The position numbers and the translations under genes were made by a program. The notes under the pieces were generated by a model, which was not told the origin of the DNA, did no database searches, and saw nothing but the letters and a program-made list of their open reading frames with translations. From the NCBI GenBank assembly GCA_951804945.1, contig OX638154.1, forward strand, positions 57,722,001 to 57,786,000: DNA of 64,000 nt, given 5' to 3'. Shown in pieces: positions 48,642 to 60,600 of this stretch (positions are counted from its first letter, which is position 1; every line of letters begins with the position of its first letter). The stretch comes from Podarcis cretensis (Eukaryota).

Positions 48642-51600
48642 GTATTTTTCGCCCCATAGGACGCACCGCCCCATAGGACGCACCTAATTTTTTTTTTGGG
48701 GGGGGGGAAATAAAGAAAAATAATAATCCCCCCCCCAAGGCACGGGGGAAGCCTGAGCTTCCCCCGACCCCAGCCCCCAGAAAGCCTGCTATCTGCAAGC
48801 CTAGGGAGCCGCGCCGGTCTCCCCAGGCTTGTGGAGAGGTGCGCGAAGCCCGGGCGCACTCTTCAGCGCGCACCAGGCTTCGGAATGCAGGCAGCTCTGC
48901 GCCGGGATCCGGAGGGTGGCGCAGAGCTGCAGGAAGCCCGGGAAAGCTTGCATTCACCCCATAGGATGCACACACATTTCCCCTTCATTTTTGAAGGGGA
49001 AAAAGTGTGTCCTATAGGGCGAAAAATACGGTACTTCAAGAAAAGGAAGCGCTCAGACCCATACCACCCCTAAAGCAAGTGGTGAGGAGGTGGGTCTTGA
49101 AGCTCCTTGTGATTGGGACAAATTATTTCCATTCCCTTCTTAGGGTTCCCCATCTGCATACCCACCCCCACCCACTTCCAAATATATTCTTGCAAAGCTA
49201 AGGAATCTTTACGATCAGTAGCGATTTTCCCTCCCCCTGTGGACTCCCAGCGGATGAGCCACTTCACTAATAGACAGAAAGACAGGCAATTGCAAAGCTA
49301 ATTCTACTACAGATTCTCCTTATCATGGACTCTGATTCAGACAGCTCCTTTAAGGGTGACAGATGTTTGCTTTCAGGTCCACTAAACTGCAAACCCCAGC
49401 CCTTCCCAAAGGCAGCTTATCAGACAGCCCAGGAGGATTTCAATTTGGGAAGCAGAAGAGATGAGAAGACAAATGCTCCATTGTAGCATCAGTACAGGAT
49501 ACCCGTACAATGTGCACAATACCATGGTTATCAGAGGTTGACCCCAAAAATCAAACGTTCATGCTGCATCTGTGTTCTGAACTACCTTCAGAACACTTAA
49601 GGGCTAGAAAGGCACATCGTTTTCACAGAAAGCATGGAAGGGGAAGCACAGCCTCCAGGTGTTCACAAGAGTCAACACATGGTCACACTGAACACTCTCA
49701 AAACTTCCACCCCCCTGTCTTGACCCCACAAATCTCCTGCTCCTTTCTTGTTCCTATAACCCAATTCCTTGCCAAGAATGCCCTACAAAGAACAATGAAA
49801 ATGGACAAAAAGCAAAGGAAGCATGTTCATTCACATTTCCACAATGACATGCTCTCTTCCCAAATAAACAATACTGTATATTGTTAACAATACTTTTATA
49901 TTGTTGTAAACTGCTGTGATACAGTGATATGAAAATATTTTTATTAAAAAAACAAATAAATAATAAAATCAAACTGGGACTTCTCCCAGAAAGTAAACCC
50001 AAGCCTGCCTGTACTGTCTCAAACACTTACTTGGCCAGAGTCTCTGGCTTGATGAGGATGTTGAAGTAAGTCTTCTTCAACTGCTCAGTTATCATTTCAA
50101 AAACTTCTGGAGTAAAACTGAAGTCTGCTAGGTGGTCAATGATGAGTTGAAACAGCAGCTGGGAGAACAAAGTAAAATGCTGATTCCCTAGAGCAATAGA
50201 CTAAATAGGATCATTTTCCCAAAAGGAACCCAAAGGAAAAAGTCCCGCCAACACTTACAGGAAGCTTGTGATTGAATCCTTTTACACGAATGATCAGTCC
50301 ATGCTCTCCAGCTACCAGCTTGTATTCCAACTGAGCAACATCCGCCTCATAAGCAGGCTCAGCAAGGTTGTGTGCGAGGATGTTTACGAATGTATCAAAG
50401 AGCACAATGCTGCATACAGCAATTTTTTGGGCAGGAAACAAAAGTAAGAATATGAATGAGAGTCCTTCATGGAAAGGAACCACTCATTCAAAAGACAAAT
50501 GTCACTCATTAAATTAACTTATATAGGAGTATACAATCCCAGACCCTTTTAGACAATTACCTGCACACTTGACATTATGGTTTATGCAATCAAACACAGC
50601 ATTTGATATTTTACCATCACCCACCACCTAGTATTCCATGTTTATTAGTAACAGGGATGCTCTGAAGCACCACAGATGCTTGTTACAGCAGAAAAATAAG
50701 CTAAGCAAAAGGACAGACAAAAAGACTGCAACCCTTACTTCTCGGCAGACTGCTGGATCAGCGGTGAGATTAGATGGAAACGGATATAAGCTGAAAGAAA
50801 TGGTTATAATGAGCTATAGCAAACAATGGGGAGCTTTCGTCAAGCCATTATTTCTCTTTGGGACCTCCTGACCTATGGTTCCCAATCTCTTTTAAACAGA
50901 TTATTAGACCTACCCACTGCTGATTAAATACAATGAAATCTAAAGGGCATGCTAATATACAGCCAGAAAGCTTTTGATTGGCAAGTAGTCTCTCGGAACA
51001 GTGAAAAGGAATGGTGTCTGTATGTTGCTGGATAAAAGAAACACAGCTTCCGACCCCGTACAGGAAGAGTGAGTCAGCACCTCTGCCAATGGCTAGCAGA
51101 AGGCAGCTGTAGAGCAGTGCCATTCCACAGATCAGTGACTGAAACACTGCCCAAAAATTCCCAACCATGGTAGCCAGATTTAAACATCCCAAGTCCAAAC
51201 ACAATGCTTAGGTTAACAACTGAAATGTTTCACATCTTCATTTTCTAAAACTCCAGACACCAGCAAGCTAAGCTATGTAGAGCCAGCAAAATGAAAATAT
51301 CTTGGTGCTTTACGATGCCAATATACTGCCTTGTCTAGTCGAAAGAAGGGATGGAGAGCCTGTGGTCCTCCAGATACTGGTGGACTACAATTCCCATCAT
51401 TGCTGACCACTGGCCGTGTTGGCTGGGCTGATAGGGTTTAGATTCTAACAACATCTTGATAGCGACAGGTTCGCTACTACTGGTGTAAAGGCTGCTACTG
51501 TTTGATTAAAAATTTATATACAAACACAGACATTCATTTCAGGAGAAGGATCTCAGCACAAGGATGCATAGACATGTCATTTTTTTTTTATCTATGTCAC

Positions 51601-54600
51601 TACTGAAACAGATGTTCTAAAGTTGCATCTGGATTCAGTTTAAGGATGTGTGTCTGCCTTAAAACAAAAACAAAATTCAAAATATGCCATATGAAAAGCC
51701 CCAAGGAGATAAATGCAATCTGGAATGTCCTGTGTTTTGTAACCTAGAAGTGTATTAACAAGTTTCATTAAGAGACCTATAAAGGGGTTACCTTTAGGGA
51801 TTTTGAATTTATCATCCTTCTTGTACCACAAGCAGCCTTGTTGGGTGCTCAGTATACTGACTGGATACTCTGTCTGTGGGCAGTCAGGAGCCTTCAGAGC
51901 AAAATCAGTTGCTAAAATTAAGGAGGAGGAGTTACTGTTGCACACCCACATGTCAATGGAACAAGTACACAGCAATCTCAAATAAATTATGCAAACTGTA
52001 TGCTTAAGTGCCAAAGCATCACTGTAAGGATTGAAGTGTTACTAGCTTAACAGTTATTTATGGTCTGCTGCACAAATGGACTGCTGATCTGATGCAGCAA
52101 CATAAATTTCTGATTCTGCTGGATAACACTCCCTACCAGTGCTTTTTTTCTAGAAAAATAGGTGCCAGTAATCACCATGAAGTTCTTACAGTAAGTGCTA
52201 CACTTTTTAACAACAAAAAAGAGGTGCTGGTACTGCATACCCTCGAGTATCCCCTGAAAAAAGTACTGCTCCTTACTTTTTTTGAGATATAACATGACAG
52301 AAACCCAACTATATAAATCTGTTGAATTCACTTGTAACTGAAGAGGCAGCCTTCATTTAGAAAACCTAGGACAGCTTATTTAACAACATGTAAGCAAAAT
52401 AATCTAGTCACATTCAACCCTATTTTAGGCATGTATGAAGTAATAATTCACTCACCAATGTATCTGTTTTCTTCTGGTGGGTGCAAGTCGGGATTTAATG
52501 CAAAGTCACTGGCCCACATATCATTCCAGTATTGATCAATATCTGAAAATTAATGATAAAAGCAGACAAACTTAGTACAACTGAAGCCAATGAAGATGTT
52601 CTACTTAGCTGCAGAAAGCTGTATTGACAGGACACACAGCTCCTATCCTCTTCTTCTCTAATGCACACACCAGATTTCCACACCGTAGCAGCAGCAAGGA
52701 ACTCATACATCTGATCTAAACATAATCCTTCACCATTCATAGATCCAACATGTCATACTTTGCTAACCATGAAAGAAATGTCATCTTCTCACTGTCCTCC
52801 AATTCACATCATACCTAACCATTGGTCAGGCTGGCTGGGGCTGCTGGGAGCCAGAATTCACAACAACTGGAGGGTGACAGGTTCACCACCCCTGGCACTG
52901 AGGTTCCTTAATTATTAAGAGACTTAGTGACTTATAGGTCAACCTCACTCCAACATAACACAATGCAGTTCCTTCCATAGCCTCCCTCCACCTCTGAAAT
53001 TCCTTTGAGGAAGACTCAAAGTTGTTGTACCTTCAACACCGTAGTGTGTACCAAACCACTTCTCCTTCAGCTGACACTGAGCTTCATGGGCAGCAGAAAG
53101 TAGAATAAGGTTGGCTCGCTGAGGTGTCAGCTGGTTAAGAGCTTCAGCAATGATCTGCAAAGATGAAGGATTCAAATATATTCTTATGTGTCCCTATTTG
53201 TTCAAAATTAAGGAGCTTTATTCTACTACTACTTTGTAAGCAGGAACGTGGGTGGCGCTGTGGGTTAAACCACAGAGGCTAGGGCTTGCCAATCAGAAGG
53301 TCGGTGGTTCGAATCCCCGCAACGGGGTGAGCTCCCATTGCTCAGTCCCTGCTCCTGCCAACCTAGCAGTTCGAAAGCACGTCAACGTGCAAGTAGATAA
53401 ATAGGTACCGCTCCAGCGGGAAGGTAAACGGCGTTTCCGTGCACTGCTCTGGTTCGCCAGAAGCGGCTTAGTCATGCTGGCCACACCACCCGGAAGCTGT
53501 ACGCTGGCTCCCTTGGCCAATAAAGCGAGATGAGCGCCGCAACCCCAGAGTCGGTCACAACTGGACCTAATGGTCAGGGGTCCCTTTACCTTACTTTGTA
53601 AGCAGAGCATGAAGGACTCAAAACACGATTCCGTAATTGGTAGAACTGGTTTCTTAATCATCTCATGTAGTAAGAAGCAAGACCTAAAGAGTGCACTTAC
53701 TTCTGGTTTGTATTCAAAGAGAAGTTGGTCTCCTGTCAGAATGTCCTCCTTTGGAAACAGCTGCATATTCTCACAAATACTTTCAACATATTCAACTGGG
53801 TCAGTCTGTAAAACAAACAGTTCTATTTCACTAGCTGATCATTTGAACATTTCCCCCCTTAACCTTACTTCTGGTTAAGCTTAAAGGTGAATCCAGGTCA
53901 TCAATTTTCCCACACAATTGTGCACTGACTTTTGCAGTTGTTTTGTGCCAAGAATCAAGTGGAACTAGTGAAGAATCCTAGATTTTGGCCACTCTCCAAA
54001 TGTGCATTGGCAGTTGCGCCAATCTTCTGCAGTAGTCAATTCATTTGATTCCCAGATGCATGACAACTGCAAAAATCAATGTAGATTTTGGACAAGAAAA
54101 CTTGTTCCTTGAAATCCCCACTGGGCTCATTAAGAATCAAACTTAAGAAAAAGAAGATAAGAGTTTCATTCACGTTGGAAAAAGCTATTCATTTGAATGG
54201 CTCCTAAACAGGGCTCCAAACTCAGGTTCTTAGCTCTGAAGATTGAAGATGCACATCTTCAAAAGCAGAAAGTCATCACAAATCATGATTGTTTCAAAAA
54301 CATCTCAGTAAAATAATCCCATAATATTAATTTTAGCAATGAGCCTACTACAGTCACCACAATTAGATTCCCAGATTCCCAGCAATTATTAGTTTCCATA
54401 AGCCAAGATAAAATGATGGGCTATAAAATGGTGTTTGAAAATATTCAAGCTTGAGGAAATACCTGTTCTTGATAATGAAATTCATTAGCTTCAATCTTCT
54501 GGATTTCTCCCCAAATTCTGTGGAGGATAATGTATGTTTCTCAATAAATCAGTCACATTTGTCAAGAAAGGGACCATTTCCAGAAACAAGGTTTCAGAAC

Positions 54601-57600
54601 AAACATTCCAAAAGATTCCTTCACCACATGGAGTTGGACTAGATGACCCTCCAACATTACAATTCCATGATTCTAAGGCTATTTCTCAGCAGCCTGACCA
54701 ACAGGCCAGAGGAAACATTTTGTCATTTCCCATCTTAACATGGGACTGAGGGCTGACCCCATTTCCTTTTTCAGCTCTTTAAAAAGATTCATTCTGCTGC
54801 TACCACCTCCTAGGTCAGAGGCTGTCTTACTGGCTTCCTATTAGTAAAGAATTATGAATGAATTGTTTTGATGTATCAATACTGAGGTTTTATTATGTAT
54901 CTCTTAGGAAACTGTTCCGTATTGTTTTTATTAGGAAGATGACACGGATAACAATGTACTCTTTATGTATTTGTAAGTTTTTGAGAACCACTTTGAAATA
55001 AATTTATATAGAAAAGCAGTATATATAGTAACTAATAATACTTCACATAGAGAGAACGTTTCAGGATAGTGAATATTCCCCTAAACCAGAGTTTTGTGTT
55101 GTGAAATGATGCATGTCTAAAATGGGTTTGTTTAACTTCTGGTTTGCTAGTAAAACTGAATTACTGTGTTGTGAAATGATGCATGTCTAAAAAGTGTGTC
55201 ACCAACATGAAAAGTTTGGAAAGCTCTGCCCTAAACCAATTCTTAAATCGTCAACCACCTTAATAGCTAATTTTCCTTTTTCACAGGGTTGACATTTTAG
55301 GGTGACTTCCAATTCCTCCAGTTCTTTTTAACAACCATTTCCTCCCACCTGCTACTTTTGCTCACATTTAGGAATAAAAAAAGTTCAGTAGCACCGACTG
55401 CTCACTAGAATCAGGCCTTAGTTACCTTTGCTCTGGTCCTGTCTGCTGCAACATTTTCAAATACTGGAATACGACGTGAACAACCTGAAAATGGAAACAA
55501 AGCACATTCAGGTATCTGTCGTCTGCAATAAGCAAGAACAACAAACACATCAAGCTGAGCTCAAATTTACCTCATAGAAATGATTGTAACCTTCATCTGT
55601 CAGAGTCACACAAATACTGAAGACAGAGTATGTAGAGTTCTGCTCAAATCCTGTCTCACCGTTTCCTCCATATAATGCAAGAGCCCAGAATCTATCAGAA
55701 AATATTAACACATCGAAGATAGAGCTATTGATACAGATTTCCAATATATTTCTGGCTTTTAGCAAGAGGAAGTTTTGCCACCCCTGCTTTAGCATGCAGA
55801 ACAGATGACATACTTCAACTAATAACCTAGGCAGGGGTAAGCAGCAACATAGTCCTATCTATGCGAGTAAAGCGTTGCTTGTATCACTCCCCCTGCCCCA
55901 ATGGAATAGGGAGTTACCAACTTCTGATTTTTCCATCTCCTCACATGATGGAATCACAATATAAGCAAAGGGTAGGCACTCTGGAGAAACTTTTCAAAAT
56001 GCTCATGTCAAGTCTATCCAATGTTTATGTTGCACAATATTTGGGTTATAACAAATATATGTTGAACTTGGTCACTAACTAAGCTGACATGTTTCTCAAC
56101 TGTCTGCATTACAGAAGTAATACAAAGGCACATGGCATATATATCTTTTAAATGGGTAAATTAACTATTCAAACTATTATAATTGATTTTTTCATACATA
56201 CTTTTTTCTAAGGAATGAAAGAACACTGCCTTTGCCTTCATGTCCAACCAGCCATGAAATATAGTGAAGAGGTTTGACCCTGAAAAAAGAGGGGAAAGTT
56301 TAAAAATGGAGGTCATAAAACATGCCTTGAAAATATTGGTTTCCAGCCATTATACAAATTAGCAAGTAAAATAAGCATATCCAAAATGCTGGGATTTAGT
56401 GATGATCACATTACAAACTACTACAGCTACCATAAAGTATGTGTGGTATTCAGTGGTGCCTGTCCGCTGACAGAAAGGAATCCATCAACAGAACAAGGAA
56501 GGGCCCAACTTTTGACAATTGTCTGCTGTACCCACCCAAATTTGCTCAAGATTCCCCCAACCCTCTAGAGCAGATTTAGAGGGAGCACAGACCACTACAA
56601 AATTGTCTCCCTCCACATTTTGCTGATGGAGCCCCTTCTATCAGCTGAAAGCCACTAGTGCCTGCTTTTTCTTTTATCAACAATTTAATTTGTTCAACTA
56701 ACTCAGTTTCTTGGTATCCACATGAAAGGGTTCCACCATAACAAGAGTTTAAAATTTACCTGTAATGTTGTTCTTGTGGAGGAAGAGCCCAAGTGATATT
56801 TAAAGAGTGTGTTTTTCTGATTGGAACAACTAAAAATAAAAAAATGTTTACTGTAAAATGTAAAAACATGATTATCTGCCTTCATCAACTTTTTCATAAT
56901 AATTTCTCTCAAAAAGAAAAGTGCAAAGAGCAGTATTTTAAACTTTGAAAGTTACAAAGTTTAGAATGCAATATGTATTCTTAACCATTAGCACTATAAG
57001 AATTACTCATTACTCACCTCTGTAAAGTTTCTGGAAATCAGGTGTGTCAAAAGGTTCTGTCAGGTGGCTAAAAGTTGGTCTTGGTAAATCACTTTAAAAA
57101 CAAAAGAAAATAAGTTATGTATCATTGTCCTAATTCCGTTAGGATGCTCCCCATATGACATCACAATCCTGTGTATCAATGACTAATCTGGATATATCCT
57201 TCTGTACCCAGCACTCATTGCGGGAACAGTACCAATTCCAGGGACTGGCTCCTCACGTGTTGCAACAGGTGATTATTGTGTTTTATGTCTGGTAGAAAAC
57301 TATGAACCAGTATCTACAGATTGGGATTAACATGCCCATTAAAAATATTACCATATTTTTCCATGTATAAGACACCCCCATGTATAAGACGACCCCTATT
57401 TTTTTGAACCCAAAATTGAGAAATCAATATTTTAAACATCAAACAGAACTTTGTTATTTTATTAAATATTCAAAGTACTGGCACTGGCATAGCAACCCCA
57501 CCAAATTTGTGCTAAGCATTCATTCTGTACGTGAGAAGAGGCGACCCAAGTCTTAAAGTAGGTTTCAACTAATGACTTCTGATAGTGGAAGCCATGCACA

Positions 57601-60600
57601 AGGGCTTACGCTTGTGCAATGGGGCTTCCCTACCCGCTCCCTACAAACACCCCTCAAAATTGGTTCTGAGGGTCAGGAGAGCACCCACATCAGTGCATGG
57701 GAGGATGAGGGGGTGAATCATTCCATCTGGCCAGTCAAACTATCACCTTAGCATGCTTGTTCAACTCCCCCCAACCCCCAGTCAGGCATGCTATTCCTTT
57801 AAGCCAACACCACACAGCAACATATTCTATATAAATTATGCCACAAATTAGCTTTTATAATTAAAAAGCAGTAACAGGCAATGACATGGAAAGAGAAGGG
57901 TAAGAAACAGGGAAAGTTTAGGGATAAACAGGTGAAATCATATTTGTGGTCTTCTCATATGACTTGAATGCAGAACTGTGCATATAATTTTACATCTTAC
58001 TTATGACAAAAATGGTAGAGGGAAAAAAAATCTTACTTATTTGGAATCTCTGAGAAGATTTCAATCACCCATTTTTCCAGAGTATCCAAGGTTTCTAGGG
58101 AGGAAGGGAGAGAGAGAAAAAGCTCAACAGCCAATTCACTGAAGAAGAAAGGCTTGTTCTCAGTAAAACAAAGGAAAGCTGGAGAACCTGTTCATTCTCA
58201 AGAACCCAATCAGCTAATTAAAGAAGAGGTGCAAACATTATAAAGTCTGTAGGCCCAAAGGCTCAATTCTCTCAGTATACCTAAACTGCACATGCATTTG
58301 GCACTTGGATTACTTTGGGGTGTGGCTGCACCAGTACAATTTCTGCTTCCTATATCAGGCATATGTGGCAGCTGAGCTTGCATTCTTACAACCTCCCAAG
58401 CTGGTTGTATCAGTTAAAACTTACACACAACAAAATTACGGCTGGTCTACATGATATGGGCCGCGCCCAAAAGCTATCTGAAACAGCCTCCATGTTAGAT
58501 GCTTCTGGCAGCATAGAAATATTCTTTGTGATGGCAGTCACAATTAAAGAAGCATCCATGTAGGAGTCGTGCATGTACGGATTGGCCCCTTAGGGCAGGG
58601 TTGGGAAGGGAGGAGCTAGTTTTTATCCTTACTGAGAAAAAGACTTCATTAAAATGTCAGTAATGGCAAACAGAGAAAATTCACATACCAAGTCTGTGTT
58701 ACTGGAAACTCAGAAAACACTGTATTTGGCTCAAAATAAATCATTTCCTTGTTTACAAAGAGAAATAAATTATCTAATATTGTGAACTTCATTTAGACTA
58801 ATAAGGACCAAAAAGAGGGTTAGGTAATGCAACTAATGAAACTTATATGAATTGTTAGGTCCAAAATACAAGCCTCTATTTTAAAAGGTGACCAGACACT
58901 GAAAAAGAACACCTATTTCATCAAAATGAACTCAATATTTAAATTGAAAATATTTAGCTAGATACATCTAGTTTTGTTTTAATTTCAGTGCAGTCATATG
59001 TATAGCTGATCAGAAATATGTCCTGATTCAATGGGGCTTACTTTCATTGTACACAATGGCAATCCTACTCATTTTCCTGAGCACATGCCCCACTGTATTC
59101 AACAGGACTTACTTCTGACTAGAAATGTAAACTACTGTGGCATTCTTTACATTACAAGCAGATGCAGAAGAGTTCTTATAGCTCTTGAAAGACAATAATC
59201 AATGCAGTGTATCACAGTTTGCACCTGTAGCTTCAAATTAACAGACGTTACCTTTAGATTGCACAACTAAAGTCATATAGTGAGCTGAGTAATAGCGCTG
59301 CCAGAATTCCCTCAGCCTGGTATAAGTATCAATGTCATTTTGCTTCGGCTCATGTTTCAGCGTGTCTGCATTACCTGTAAATAATGTTGAAAACCAAGGT
59401 TGCTTATTATTAAAAATTCTTATGCTTTTGATCCAAAGGCTTAACAGGGTTCTGCTCTGCTAGTAACAAAAGTAGTTACAAAAGTAACTACTAGGAATTC
59501 AAAGGCGAAATATTTTTTCCCACTGGCCCCAAATTAGTTATAATTAAAACTAATAGTTCTCATAGCAAAACTCATTAAAAACATACTGTGCATTAACAGA
59601 CTAATATATACCGTATTTTTCGCTCTATATGACGCACCAGACCACAACAGGCACCTAGTTTTTGGAGGAGGAAAACAAGAAAAAAAATATTCTGAATCTC
59701 AGAAGCCAGAACAGCAAGAGGGGTCGCTGCACAGTGAAAGCAGCAATCCCTCTTGCTGTTCTGGCTTCTGTGATAGCTGCGCAGCCTGCATTCGCTCCAT
59801 AAGACGCACACACATTTCCCCTTACTTTTTAGGAGGGAAAAAGTGAGTCTTACAGAGCAAAAAATACGGTATCTTGCCAGTCCACGTTTTTCCTCCTTCA
59901 CCCCACCTGCTGAAAAATAAATTTTAAGCTGCAACGAAGTAGTATTCCCCTCATCTTGCTATCCTTCCTCCTGCCTGCGTGCCCACTATGTGCCTTCCTT
60001 CCTCCCTGCCCACAGCTTGGAACAAGCTGTGCAGAACATCAACACATAAGCACTTATGGCGGGACTCAAAGAGAAGTGGTATGAGGACAGGAAATCTCTG
60101 CAACACCCACATACAAGGTTCAGGATAATCTGTGTGTGAACAGCTTGTGGGAAACAAGTGATGTCATCTTCTCAGTGTACTGCACTAACTTGGCCACATG
60201 TGTTCTCTATCACCACACAAGATCCAACAGGTTCTCTGTGCCATTGATGACTAGCCTGCAGGCCACACCTGGCCCCCCAGCTCACAGAAAGGAGATGAAA
60301 GTGCTCTGCCCGATCTTCAGAAAGAAATTTAAGGAGCAGGTAGAGTTTCTATCTCTGCACTGAGATCAGGAAAGAGAGGAAACTCTGGCTGTTTTTTAGA
60401 GACCATCCTTGAAGACCATCCAGAGGGAACTTTCATTTAGCCTTTGGGCTAAAACTAGTAGCAGCCATTCCATTACCGAGGGAGATGGGAAGCAGGAAAA
60501 CTACTACAGTGGTACCTCGGGTTACATATGCTTCAGGTTACAGACTCCGCTAACCCAGAAATAGTGCTTCAAGTTAAGAACTTTGCTTCAGGATGAGAAC

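Noticed and set aside
48477-49073. Poly-Ile/poly-Asn and GC-rich ORFs
   Set aside because: Derived from (TTA)n and the MITE interior; same for the poly-I ORF at 3319 and the poly-L ORF at 31798
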